Positions 1-8,600 are shown, numbered from the stretch's first letter. The stretch is 64,000 bases of DNA from Parcubacteria group bacterium (GCA_043821485.1 JBDRCU010000057.1:598-64597), one strand, 5' to 3'. Notes: generated by a model not told the origin, from the sequence alone. Translations and numbers: made by a program.

Positions 1-97
1 CAAGGAACTTAAGTGCTTCACCATCAAACCCACTTTTATTAACCCCTGACATTGTTTCACCACTAATTTTGAGTAATACTCTTTTTTGTTTAGACAT
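1..97 (-). CDS. pyrH: UMP kinase (PyrH) N-terminal fragment, gene continues beyond window start
   Basis: Reverse translation from ATG at 97 gives MSKQKRVLLKISGETMSGVNKSGFDGEALKFL, matching the conserved N-terminus of UMP kinases (KRVLLKLSGEAL motif). Confidence 0.5.
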   Translation of the reverse strand, partial: MSKQKRVLLKISGETMSGVNKSGFDGEALKFL

Positions 98-109
98 GTA
101 TTTATTATA

Positions 110-874
110 TCAGTAGCAGGGGCGAGACTCGAACTCGCAACCCCCAGTATATGATACTGGTGCTCTAACCAGTTGAGCTACCCTGCCATTACTATCTGCT
201 TTTATGCTTGATTTTAGTAGGCCATTAAGCAGTCCAAGTATTTTATAGAAGATTTTGGTTCCTTGCAATATCCTGAAATGCAATGTTCCATAATGATCAT
301 CATAGTTTTCGTATACCTTTCTTTGTTTAGATTTTATGAATGTAGTTTTCCTGAATTGTTCGAGGGGCATATTTAGATAATCAGACCAATATTTTTTTAC
401 AATTTGTTCTCGTTTTGTGTGCATTACATTTATAAATACTGTTGGGGCAATTCTTTCATGAGTGATATCAAAGAACTTCATAAACCATTCTATCATAAAT
501 ACAATAACTCTGGGATCTGAGTTGGTGAAACCAAGTCTGCCTTTTGAGCCTTCGCCTAGATAAAGAGCTAAGCCAGCAACAAAAAATTCATTTTTAGACA
601 TTTTAGACATTTGTTCAATGCCTTCTTTCTCATACTCTTGCATAATTGCTATACGTCTATTTTTCTGTTTCAATGCGCCATTTAATTGGCCACGTCTAAT
701 GCCAGCTTGTTTTCGTGCAAGAAGTCTTTGTATCTGGAGCTCAGTTAGCTCTATATCTCTACACCATTCACTAGTAGTGCTTTTTGAGATTGAGACTAAA
801 AGGGCTATTTCTTTTATGCTTTTACCTGTGTGTCTTAATTGTCTGGCTTTTATTCTTTCTTGAGATTTCGCCAT
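110..874 (-). CDS. HTH domain plus putative single-motif LAGLIDADG-like homing endonuclease; 3' end of ORF reads through the tRNA-Met gene, so the true stop is uncertain
   Basis: The 254-aa ORF has an N-terminal helix-turn-helix-like segment (KSIKEIALLVSISKSTTSEWCRDIELT). It is followed by FFVAGLALYLGEGSKGRLGF, resembling the LAGLIDADG motif and following beta strands. The last ~25 codons are the reverse complement of tRNA-Met. Confidence 0.4.
   Translation of the reverse strand: MAKSQERIKARQLRHTGKSIKEIALLVSISKSTTSEWCRDIELTELQIQRLLARKQAGIRRGQLNGALKQKNRRIAIMQEYEKEGIEQMSKMSKNEFFVAGLALYLGEGSKGRLGFTNSDPRVIVFMIEWFMKFFDITHERIAPTVFINVMHTKREQIVKKYWSDYLNMPLEQFRKTTFIKSKQRKVYENYDDHYGTLHFRILQGTKIFYKILGLLNGLLKSSIKADSNGRVAQLVRAPVSYTGGCEFESRPCY
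114..187 (-). tRNA. tRNA-Met or tRNA-Ile2 (anticodon CAU), elongator type
   Basis: Reverse complement folds as a cloverleaf. Acceptor GGCAGGG/CCCUGCU, D-stem GCUC/GAGC, anticodon stem CCAGU/ACUGG with loop AUCAUAU (CAU), T-arm GCGAG-UUCGAGU-CUCGC, discriminator A. CCA not encoded. Confidence 0.8.
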
Positions 875-999
875 AGAACCTAAGAGTTATACCTATATTA
901 AATTATATGTTAGGTTCGTATATATTACAAGTTAAGAACCTTGAGCTTGATTTTTATTATAAATTCCATTATAGTAAGATTTACAATTGAATATATTAT

Positions 1000-1279
1000 C
1001 GCGGGGTGGAGCAGTCCGGTAGCTCGTTGGGCTCATAAGTAATTGTGACCCATTGTAGTAATACAATGTGGAAAAACTCCCGAAATTGCTGGAAACCCTA
1101 ATCTGTTTAAAACAGACGGGCAATCAGCAGCCAAGTCCTGAGAGTAATCGAAGGAAAGGTTCAGAGACTATAATGGGAGGACCCTACTCTTTTGAGGGGT
1201 CGTGGGATAGTCCGAACCTCCGAGTAATCGGAGTAACATTAGAACCCAAAGGTCGTTGGTTCAAATCCAACCCCCGCAA
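1000..1279 (+). tRNA. initiator tRNA-fMet (anticodon CAU) interrupted by a group I intron in the anticodon loop
   Basis: 5' exon 1000..1036 carries acceptor CGCGGGG, D-arm, and anticodon stem UUGGG with loop CUCAU. 3' exon 1243..1279 carries AA-CCCAA, T-arm GUUGG-UUCAAAU-CCAAC, acceptor CCCCGCA and discriminator A. The C1xA72 mismatch and three G-C pairs closing the anticodon stem are bacterial initiator hallmarks. Intron boundaries are uniquely fixed by U at -1 and terminal G. Confidence 0.8.
1037..1242 (+). ncRNA. group I self-splicing intron (206 nt) in tRNA-fMet anticodon loop, no ORF
   Basis: Conserved group I core elements are readable. P-like element AAAUUGCUGGAAACC (1083..1097) and Q-like AAUCAGCAGCC (1122..1132) are present. 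R-like GGUUCAGAGACUAUAA (1158..1173) and S-like GGGAUAGUCCGAAC (1204..1217) are present. P7 pairs GACUA with UAGUC; the intron ends in G after exon-terminal U. Confidence 0.75.
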
Positions 1280-1294
1280 CAAAGCAAATCACCC
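1271..1294. repeat. left copy of 24-nt imperfect direct repeat (CCCCCGCAACAAA-gc-AAATCACCC), spanning the tRNA-fMet 3' end (attL-like)
   Basis: Matches 1828..1851 (CCCCCGCAACAAA-tt-AAATCACCC) at 22/24 positions. Confidence 0.7.
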
Positions 1295-1317
1295 TTATTT
1301 TATAGGGGTGATTTTTG
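1286..1317 (+). terminator. rho-independent terminator after tRNA-fMet
   Basis: Hairpin AAATCACCC-ttattttata-GGGGTGATTT followed by TTTG. A near-identical hairpin follows the tmRNA at 53140..53172. Confidence 0.6.
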
Positions 1318-1394
1318 TAAGGGTATTGATGGTTTGAACTTGTTTGTATCATAAATTGTATCGTGTTATTTTAATTATATTCAAGGAGGCGCAG

Positions 1395-1520
1395 ATGCTC
1401 GAGTTACTCTGGTTTGCTTTCGTCAAGCTTCTTCTTCCAGGAATAATTCTGGGAGCAGTTCTCGGAGCTCTTGTCGTCACATACATCCACCGCAAGCAGT
1501 TGCAGGAGCAGAATGGATGA
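1395..1520 (+). CDS. 41-aa hydrophobic single-TM peptide (MLELLWFAFVKLLLPGIILGAVLGALVVTYIHRKQLQEQNG)
   Basis: AAGGAGG Shine-Dalgarno 6 nt upstream of ATG. GC-rich codon usage unlike the host. Stop overlaps the next start (ATGA). Confidence 0.35.
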   Translation: MLELLWFAFVKLLLPGIILGAVLGALVVTYIHRKQLQEQNG

Positions 1521-1663
1521 AAGACGAAGAGAAAAAGAAACGTGAAAAGCTGTATGAAGAGAGGCTTCGAGCGTGGGATGAACGACTTCGTCCTCAGCAG
1601 GAGGCTCTCGAGAGTAGTGAACGACTGACGGCTGAGGATTACGCCGTTGTCATCAACACATAG
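1517..1663 (+). CDS. 48-aa highly charged helical peptide (MKDEEKKKREKLYEERLRAWDERLRPQQEALESSERLTAEDYAVVINT)
   Basis: Translationally coupled to the upstream mini-ORF by an ATGA overlap and followed by a terminator. Confidence 0.3.
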   Translation: MKDEEKKKREKLYEERLRAWDERLRPQQEALESSERLTAEDYAVVINT

Positions 1664-1694
1664 GAGGGTCTGTATAGTACCAAATCATGACCGC

Positions 1695-1754
1695 CGTAAA
1701 GACCGCCTGAACCTAGAAAGGAGGTAGCGTCAGTACGGGCGGTCTTTACGTTTT
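1695..1754 (+). terminator. 13-bp perfect inverted repeat (CGTAAAGACCGCC / GGCGGTCTTTACG) with 30-nt loop, followed by TTTT
   Basis: Seen directly. It sits immediately after the coupled mini-ORFs. Confidence 0.5.
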
Positions 1755-1827
1755 ATACCTATTCTCTAACAAACTCATACCTCCAATAGCCTATATTCTG
1801 CATTAAACAAGTTCTAAACCTCTCAAT

Positions 1828-1851
1828 CCCCCGCAACAAATTAAATCACCC
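1828..1851. repeat. right copy of direct repeat (attR-like)
   Basis: Matches 1271..1294. It lies about 550 bp downstream of the tRNA, bounding a GC-rich insert. Confidence 0.7.
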
Positions 1852-2018
1852 AAATAGATAGGGAGTATTTCCAAATCCTGAGTTTTTTGTTAGGTTGTTA
1901 TTAAGGACCCAGGAGGTCTTGAGGGGTCTTGTGTACCCCTGTGTGGGTCGCCAGCGTCAACTGGAGGCCCACACATACATTCTATTATTAAATATTGGTA
2001 TAAATTTAGATATATATT

Positions 2019-2591
2019 ATGCAGGAAAAGCCACCCCAAAGGAAAAGCGATAAAAAAGAGAAGGTACTAAGTGCAGGAGATAAGAAACTATTTCAGGATA
2101 AACTAGCCATTATAAAGGGTATGGCTGTGCCAGATGTGCCGCCAGGATATGAAATTACATCTGATCAGGAGGAAGTTTTGAAAGGTTGGAATCTCGAGCC
2201 ACCGCGTACTAAAGCTCTTGCTAAATCTATGATGGAGTATGTAATGAGCGCTGAAGGCATGAGGGGTAAAGATAGTGGATTGAAAGATGAACGAATTCAA
2301 GACATATTGAAACTTCAGGAAGAATATCCGCGAGGGTCTATTGTAGTATGTAAGGAGGGAAAGGAACTCGAACCAGTTGTTGTGCTTGATGTGCTCTGTA
2401 GAAGCCCCAAAAGAAGAAGAGATATTCAACTGTATATGTCTGGTGAAAAGGGAGTTAGATTGAATAATCCAGTTGTTCATTTTGAATTGGTGGTTATGTT
2501 TAGGTCTGATCCTCGAGAACCGAAAATAAAACCAAGATCCTTTTTTAGGATTAGAAAATTAGATCAGGTTTTGGGTTCTGATCAAACGTAA
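2019..2591 (+). CDS. hypothetical protein (190 aa, charged)
   Basis: Long ORF; no recognisable motifs. Confidence 0.45.
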   Translation: MQEKPPQRKSDKKEKVLSAGDKKLFQDKLAIIKGMAVPDVPPGYEITSDQEEVLKGWNLEPPRTKALAKSMMEYVMSAEGMRGKDSGLKDERIQDILKLQEEYPRGSIVVCKEGKELEPVVVLDVLCRSPKRRRDIQLYMSGEKGVRLNNPVVHFELVVMFRSDPREPKIKPRSFFRIRKLDQVLGSDQT

Positions 2592-2654
2592 GTAAATAGA
2601 TATCTGAGTAATATAAAACAGCCCTAAAGGGCTGTTTTATATTGGTCTTATTGG

Positions 2655-4145
2655 TTATTGTGTTGGTGGTTGTTGTGGTGGTACCTGCGGGGGGACTGTA
2701 GGAGGTGCTGGTGGCGGTGATTGAGGAGGCTGTATTTGCTGAGGTGGTATAGTCGGTGGCTGTACTGGAGGTTGTGGCTGTTGTGGCGGCATGCTTGTTG
2801 GTGTACCCGAACCACTACCTCGTTTCATAAGTAGGATGATTACTATGACTATAACGATAACTGCTCCTCCGATGATCAGCCACAGATAGAGAGGTAAGCC
2901 AAGAATTTCTTTTGATAGGCCTGTTTTTTCGTCTGTATCATCTTTGCCATCAATTTCTGCTGTAGGCGTCGGGGAGTTTGTACTTGAAATCGGTTCCCCA
3001 TATTCATCAACGGGTTCTATCTTGAATGACGAATCTTTATGCATCGTTGTATAGTCATTTCCTACAAGGATATACAGAGATGATTCATCTATTTCTAGAT
3101 AGTTGGAAAGGCTATAGAATGGCAATTGGTCTCTTCCTTTCATTCTTCCATCTGCATATTGCACAAAGTATTCAGTTTTACTCCATTCGCCAGTTGACGT
3201 TATTCTTTTTATTTTCTGTCTGTCAGCGATGTGCATTATCATGACTATGCTTGGAGAGGAGCTTTCACTGGCTGGTACGAATGTATCGGTTTTTGCATCG
3301 TATTTTATATGTTCATCCGTATTTCTAAGCGTTATCTTGTATATTGCGTCTGGTTCCATATTAAATTTGAAATAGTCAAAGTCTCCTTCTCTTTGATGGT
3401 GATCTAATTGGTATTCACCGACTGTAACTGGCACTGCATCCGTAAAGCCATTGCCTCCCCTGACTCTTGTTTTCTCTATTGACGGATCTGTACTGGATTT
3501 ATCTATCCCTTGCTCCGTAGTAATAGCTCCGAGACTTGATTGCAGTGAAGCAGTATCACTAGCATCAAAGTATTTACCACATCCTAAATCAGCTACCCCT
3601 TGTAATTGGCTTCTTGTGGCGGAGTCTACTCCGAGACCCACGACGAAGCTTTTAACATTTATCCCTGCATCACATAGCGCCTTGGCTGCTGTTGCTGGAT
3701 TGCCTCCGCATGTCTCAAGGCCATCTGACAGTAGTATTAAAGTATTATCTTCTCCTGGGACAAAGTCATTGGCTGCTTGCTGTAATGCATATGCTGTGGG
3801 AGTATAGTTGCCTACTGCTTGAATACTATTAACCTTGTTTATCACTGATTGGTGGTTTGTAGTAAATGATTGGAGTAAATCAGTAACAATACATGCTTGT
3901 CCTTTATCTGATTTCGATATATGAGCATAAGCTCTTAATCCTGAATTGATTGATGAATCAAATCCTGAAAGAAGATCATTTACAGCTGCTTTAGCTGCAT
4001 CTATACGTGTTGTTCCTCCAAAACTATCAAGCATTGATCCTGATGCATCAAATACGATTAATACATTTTGATTAGCTGCGTTGGCGGTAGAAGATAATGC
4101 AAATCCAGCAATAATGATTATCAGAAATATTATTAATTTTTTCAT
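2655..4145 (-). CDS. secreted von Willebrand factor A (VWA) domain protein with C-terminal TM anchor and Pro/Gln-rich tail
   Basis: Signal peptide MKKLIIFLIIIIAGFALSSTANA. MIDAS motif VLIVFDASGSM, with LILLSDGLETCGG downstream. A TM helix near the C-terminus is followed by a PPQQP repeat tail. Confidence 0.75.
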   Translation of the reverse strand: MKKLIIFLIIIIAGFALSSTANAANQNVLIVFDASGSMLDSFGGTTRIDAAKAAVNDLLSGFDSSINSGLRAYAHISKSDKGQACIVTDLLQSFTTNHQSVINKVNSIQAVGNYTPTAYALQQAANDFVPGEDNTLILLSDGLETCGGNPATAAKALCDAGINVKSFVVGLGVDSATRSQLQGVADLGCGKYFDASDTASLQSSLGAITTEQGIDKSSTDPSIEKTRVRGGNGFTDAVPVTVGEYQLDHHQREGDFDYFKFNMEPDAIYKITLRNTDEHIKYDAKTDTFVPASESSSPSIVMIMHIADRQKIKRITSTGEWSKTEYFVQYADGRMKGRDQLPFYSLSNYLEIDESSLYILVGNDYTTMHKDSSFKIEPVDEYGEPISSTNSPTPTAEIDGKDDTDEKTGLSKEILGLPLYLWLIIGGAVIVIVIVIILLMKRGSGSGTPTSMPPQQPQPPVQPPTIPPQQIQPPQSPPPAPPTVPPQVPPQQPPTQ

Positions 4146-4175
4146 AAAGAATGTTAGTTAACTATTGTTGAGTTA

Positions 4176-4637
4176 TTACTGGACTAAAAGACTTCCAACA
4201 TTTACAGCTGATCCGCAGCCAATTGTTATAGTATAAGGGGTACTGTCGGCTTTTGCCTGGACTATTTTAAATCCAAGTCCGGGTATTTGATACGCAAAGC
4301 CATCCAAGGAAACCCATCTTGCATCCCCTGAACGATTATCAAGCATTATGTTTGTTCCGTTTAGAAGAGACAACCTCCCAGGACTTACCTGACAGTTTGC
4401 GTCAAATTGCAGTCTTGTGCCTGCAAATTGTACGAGTGCTTCCTCATAGGTAAGGCCAGAAGTCTGTGATGAAGGAGCTCGAGGCGTACTAGTCTTAGGG
4501 GGACTGCTAGGTGTCTCCGTTGGAGTCTCAACTAGAGTATCCTCATCTTCATTTGCTGTTCGCTCCGGACCCATAGCCAGAACTATGATAATTGCAAGAA
4601 TTAATATTATTACAATTACTATAAATGATTTGCTCAT
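4176..4637 (-). CDS. hypothetical N-terminally membrane-anchored protein (153 aa)
   Basis: N-terminal TM helix, Pro/Thr-rich linker, then a C-terminal globular part. Confidence 0.5.
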   Translation of the reverse strand: MSKSFIVIVIILILAIIIVLAMGPERTANEDEDTLVETPTETPSSPPKTSTPRAPSSQTSGLTYEEALVQFAGTRLQFDANCQVSPGRLSLLNGTNIMLDNRSGDARWVSLDGFAYQIPGLGFKIVQAKADSTPYTITIGCGSAVNVGSLLVQ

Positions 4638-4707
4638 ATTAAATTACGCCAAAGACGTTTTAGTTATATAGCTATATTTTACAATAGAGTGAAAGATAAA
4701 GGAAATG

Positions 4708-5433
4708 TTATCGAAAGATCGATCCTAATAATAGGTAGTATATCGAAGAAAACAGTGTGCTTGGTATGAGCATCGATTGGTTCTGATTTTGATCGGTTAC
4801 TATTATCGTACCGTTATTAGTTGGATGTAGGTGATCGTGATAATCCCATCTGCCTGCAAATTCAAATTCGAATGTCCATGATTGGCCAGGCTCCATATTA
4901 GTACATGCATCAAATGTACTCATAAGACAGCCATAACGTCCAGGATATGCATCGTGTGTATAATGAGGATTACTTGCAGGTCTTATTGTCTCAAATGAGT
5001 TATTTTTAAATTCTATAGAATCTCCTATTTCTATAGTTACTGTATTTGGTGCAAAGCCATAGCTGGTACGTTCGACTATGATTGTTTGAGGTGTTGGTTC
5101 TGGCGTCGGTGTTATGGTTGGCTCTGGTGTTGATTCTGAAGTGGGCGTAGGTTCGTCAGTTGGCTCTGATGTAAGTGTCGGAGTTGGTATTGGTGTTGCT
5201 TCCGGAGTTGGTTCAGGTGCACTGCTTACTGTTTCTGTAGGAGTTGGAATTTGGGTGGCCTGTGGAGGTGTTTGTGCTGGAACTAGTACTGTCTCGACTG
5301 GAGTCTCTATTGGCTCTTCCGTGTTTAGTGTTGGGGTAAGATCATCTCCTGCTAATTTGTCATCCTTTTGCATAAATACGAAAATCAGCGCTATTACTAT
5401 TACAGCAACTACTATTATGATATTTGTTTTCAT
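4708..5433 (-). CDS. membrane-anchored protein with Pro/Thr-rich linker and C-terminal cupredoxin-like domain (tentative)
   Basis: N-terminal TM, a long TPEPTP-type linker, then FAPNTVTIEIGDSIEFKNN...H...C...HDHLH, reminiscent of plastocyanin/pseudoazurin-type copper sites. Confidence 0.45.
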   Translation of the reverse strand: MKTNIIIVVAVIVIALIFVFMQKDDKLAGDDLTPTLNTEEPIETPVETVLVPAQTPPQATQIPTPTETVSSAPEPTPEATPIPTPTLTSEPTDEPTPTSESTPEPTITPTPEPTPQTIIVERTSYGFAPNTVTIEIGDSIEFKNNSFETIRPASNPHYTHDAYPGRYGCLMSTFDACTNMEPGQSWTFEFEFAGRWDYHDHLHPTNNGTIIVTDQNQNQSMLIPSTLFSSIYYLLLGSIFR

Positions 5434-5442
5434 ACTTCTATT

Positions 5443-8349
5443 CTAATTGCAAACGCCTGTTGTTGCAAAGCAATTTGGGCATGAGTAGCAAGATCCAGCC
5501 CTAAACATTATGGTTCCGCATTCACATGTAGGGGCGTCTGTATGTGATTCTTCTACTTTGAGATTCCAAGGATCGTCTTTTTTACTGGTTGAAGCGAGTG
5601 TTGCAGTAGGAGTACTTGATTCTTTGGTTTTGCCATTTAGTATCTTTCCAAAAAGTTCTTTTTGATCCTCTGCGCTAAGGAATTTAAAGCCTAGGTATGT
5701 AAATATATAGTCTACAAATGAAGTTGAAAACGGAATTTCATTATTTTGTGTTGGTCCCATTGGTTCGAATCTCATATTTTTGAAATGTCTGACTAGTGTT
5801 TTAAGCGGTACTCCTGATTGCAGACAAATTGATGTTAGCTTTGCAATTGCATCCATGAGACCAGAGACCGTACTTCCTTCTTTTGCAATAGTTATGAAAG
5901 TCTCTGCCGGCTTACGGCTTTCTGGATACATTCCCACCGTTATGTACCCTTCGTGTTTGCCAACTGTGAACTTATGAGTAATAGACGGACGTTCGTCTGG
6001 AAGTTTGATTCTGGTATGGCCGTTTATTTGTTCAACGAGTTTTTTTTCTTTATCGCTCGTACTAAGGGCTTGTACGGTTTTGGATCCATCTCTATAGATT
6101 GCCATTGCTTTAAGTCCAAGTTTCCATGATTGTACAAATGCATCACGTACATCTTCTTTGGTAGCATCATTCGGCAGATTGATTGTTTTGGAAATTGCTC
6201 CGGAGATGAAGGGTTGAGCAGCACTCATCATCTTGATGTGTCCGAGATAATCAATGCTTCGCTTTCCTTCTGCTGGTTTGAAAGAACAATCGAACACTGG
6301 CATGTCTTCTTCCTTCATATGTGGTGCGCCTTCAAGCATTCCTTTCTCAAGAATGTATGCAGAAATATCTTTGATGTCCTGTTCTTCGTAACCCAGCTTC
6401 TCAAGAGCTAACGGCACAAGATTGTTAACAAGTTTGAGCGTTCCGCCTCCAACGAGCTTTTTGTATTTAACAAGTGCAAGTTCTGGTTCTATCCCTGTTG
6501 TCGCGCAGTCCATTAAGAAAGATATCGTACCCGTTGGTGCAAGTACTGTTGCTTGTGAGTTACGAAAACCATATTGTTCTCCCAATGCATATGCATTTTT
6601 CCAAATTTGTTCACTTACATCTATTAAATCTGATACCCATGAGCTATTCATTAAAACTATATCTGTTGTAGATGACAATGTTACCGTCGGAGTTGATCCA
6701 TTCATTGTGACACGCGCTACTCCGGGTGAGACGCCATTTCCATTTCCATTGAGATGTCCGTTAGTATCTGTTGCTTTGCGATAATTTTGTGCAAGAGTTT
6801 CCGCTGCACGGCCGTGTTTTTTGATAACTCTAAGCATTTCATTACGATTCATTTCATAGCCATTGAAAGGTCCTATGCGTCCTGCTATTACAGCTGACAT
6901 GCGATAAGCTTCTCCCGACATTATTGATGTTAATGCTGCTGCAATTGTACGTCCTTCGTCAGAATCATAAGGTAGGCCAAGAGCCATAAGGAGCGCTCCT
7001 AAATTAGCATATCCAAGGCCAAGCTGTCGAAAGTCATGCGCGGTTTTTTCTATTTCAGGCGTTGGATATGAAGAATTGCTGATTAGTATCTCTTGAGCTG
7101 TTATCATTGTCTTTGCTGTGTTTTTATATCCTTCGATATCATAAGTTCCATCTTCTTTAAGGAATTTGAGTAGATTTATGGAAGCCAGATTGCAAGCACT
7201 ATTGTCTAAGCTCATATATTCGCTGCAAGGGTTAGACGCATTAATGCGTCCTGAATTTGGACATGTGTGCCAGTCGTTGATTATCGTATCGAATTGCATT
7301 CCTGGATCTGCGGAATGCCAGGCTGCATCTGCAATCCAGTCCATGACCTTGCCTGCTTTAAGAGTCTGAGCTACATTTCCTGTTGTGACTTCATTTAAAT
7401 TCCAATCGGCATCACTTTCTACCGCTTTCATAAATTCATCAGTAACACGTACGGAATTGTTTGCATTTTGATAAGGCAGTAAAGTGTAGGGATCGAACAA
7501 GTCTCCTTCAATTGAATTCTGAACTCCGCTTGCTTCAAGCACCTTTACCATGTCTTCAATATTTCTTTTGCAATATATGAAGTCTTTGATGTCGGGATGA
7601 TCAGCATTTAAAACTACCATTTTTGCTGCGCGTCTTGTTGTTCCGCCAGAACGAATACTATTTGCAACACCATCAGCTCCTTTCATGAATGAAACGGGAC
7701 CGGATGATTTGCCTCCCCTTGAAAGAGATTCCTGTGACGATCGAAGCTTGGAAAGATTTGCTCCTGACCCAGAACCATATTTAAAAATCCATCCCTCATC
7801 ATGATACCACTTTAAGATGGATTCCATTGTGTCTTCTACTGCAAGGATAAAACATGCAGAGCATTGCGGACGTTCATATACTCCGACATTAAACCAAACA
7901 GGACTATTGAAAGCTGCAAATTGATTTATTAAAAGATATTTAAGATCTTGTTTGAAGTTTTCGTAGTCAATTTGTGTTTTGAAATATCCGTCTTTGAATC
8001 CCCATCCTGAAATTGTATTTGCAACACGGTCAACCATGGCACGCGCGCTAGTCTCGCGTTCAGGCGTATCGAGTTTGCCACGGAAGTATTTGGAAGCAAC
8101 AATATCTATTGCTGTTTGCGACCAGAATTCCGGCACCTCAATATCAAGTTGTTCAAAAACAACAGAACCGTCTCCGCGGGTAATTTTTGCATTTCTTTTT
8201 TCCCAAGAGATTGCATCATACGGATCATTGGAGCCGAAAATTCTTTTCCATGTTAATCCTTCTCCGCGTTGAGAGGATGTAAATCGTTCAGAAGAGGCAT
8301 CTGAAGTATCAACGGTGTCGGGATTTTGCAGAGTGTGAGATCTTGTCAT
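5443..8349 (-). CDS. nrdJ: class II (adenosylcobalamin-dependent) ribonucleotide reductase
   Basis: The 968-aa protein has RNR class II core motifs (PCSEYM, NLASINLLKF, and a radical-site Cys/glycyl-free architecture). The C-terminal zinc-ribbon CECG...CYSCPNC is typical of NrdJ. Confidence 0.9.
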   Translation of the reverse strand: MTRSHTLQNPDTVDTSDASSERFTSSQRGEGLTWKRIFGSNDPYDAISWEKRNAKITRGDGSVVFEQLDIEVPEFWSQTAIDIVASKYFRGKLDTPERETSARAMVDRVANTISGWGFKDGYFKTQIDYENFKQDLKYLLINQFAAFNSPVWFNVGVYERPQCSACFILAVEDTMESILKWYHDEGWIFKYGSGSGANLSKLRSSQESLSRGGKSSGPVSFMKGADGVANSIRSGGTTRRAAKMVVLNADHPDIKDFIYCKRNIEDMVKVLEASGVQNSIEGDLFDPYTLLPYQNANNSVRVTDEFMKAVESDADWNLNEVTTGNVAQTLKAGKVMDWIADAAWHSADPGMQFDTIINDWHTCPNSGRINASNPCSEYMSLDNSACNLASINLLKFLKEDGTYDIEGYKNTAKTMITAQEILISNSSYPTPEIEKTAHDFRQLGLGYANLGALLMALGLPYDSDEGRTIAAALTSIMSGEAYRMSAVIAGRIGPFNGYEMNRNEMLRVIKKHGRAAETLAQNYRKATDTNGHLNGNGNGVSPGVARVTMNGSTPTVTLSSTTDIVLMNSSWVSDLIDVSEQIWKNAYALGEQYGFRNSQATVLAPTGTISFLMDCATTGIEPELALVKYKKLVGGGTLKLVNNLVPLALEKLGYEEQDIKDISAYILEKGMLEGAPHMKEEDMPVFDCSFKPAEGKRSIDYLGHIKMMSAAQPFISGAISKTINLPNDATKEDVRDAFVQSWKLGLKAMAIYRDGSKTVQALSTSDKEKKLVEQINGHTRIKLPDERPSITHKFTVGKHEGYITVGMYPESRKPAETFITIAKEGSTVSGLMDAIAKLTSICLQSGVPLKTLVRHFKNMRFEPMGPTQNNEIPFSTSFVDYIFTYLGFKFLSAEDQKELFGKILNGKTKESSTPTATLASTSKKDDPWNLKVEESHTDAPTCECGTIMFRAGSCYSCPNCFATTGVCN

Positions 8350-8360
8350 AAAAATTATTT

Positions 8361-8386
8361 AAATAACTTATTTGAATAAGTTATTT
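8361..8386. promoter_or_regulatory. 10-bp inverted repeat AAATAACTTA-tttgaa-TAAGTTATTT, 12 nt upstream of the nrdJ start codon
   Basis: Perfect palindrome arms seen directly. Position is consistent with an operator or 5'-UTR hairpin. Confidence 0.3.
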
Positions 8387-8546
8387 GTGAATAAAACAAC
8401 ACACTCTGCGTCCTTGAGTATGCTGTTGTATAAAGGCTAACCCGCGAGTCGTTCATCTTCACCCACGACTCATGTCTACCTATTGTACTTCTCAAAGGCA
8501 AGCTATACAACTGTTGATAACCTCGCCTCAATTGAGTAATTTTTAT

Positions 8547-8582
8547 CAAAAAATCAAAAAACACGCGTATTGTGCGTGTTTT
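8547..8582 (-). terminator. rho-independent terminator downstream of ftsZ
   Basis: On the minus strand: hairpin AACACGC-acaatac-GCGTGTT followed by a T-rich run. Confidence 0.6.
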
Positions 8583-8600
8583 CTTAAAAAGGCCTTAAGA

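Larger units (their letters stand above)
1284..1840 (+). mobile_element. putative miniature integrated element (or remnant) at tRNA-fMet 3' end, GC-rich, no integrase
   Basis: GC-rich segment flanked by direct repeats of the tRNA 3' end. Contains two translationally coupled mini-ORFs with a strong SD, plus a 13-bp inverted-repeat terminator. Confidence 0.4.

Noticed and set aside
1068-1337. 89-aa plus-strand ORF and 63-aa minus-strand ORF (932..1123) in the ORF track
   Set aside because: They lie entirely within the tRNA-fMet exons and the group I intron, so they are spurious translations of structured RNA.
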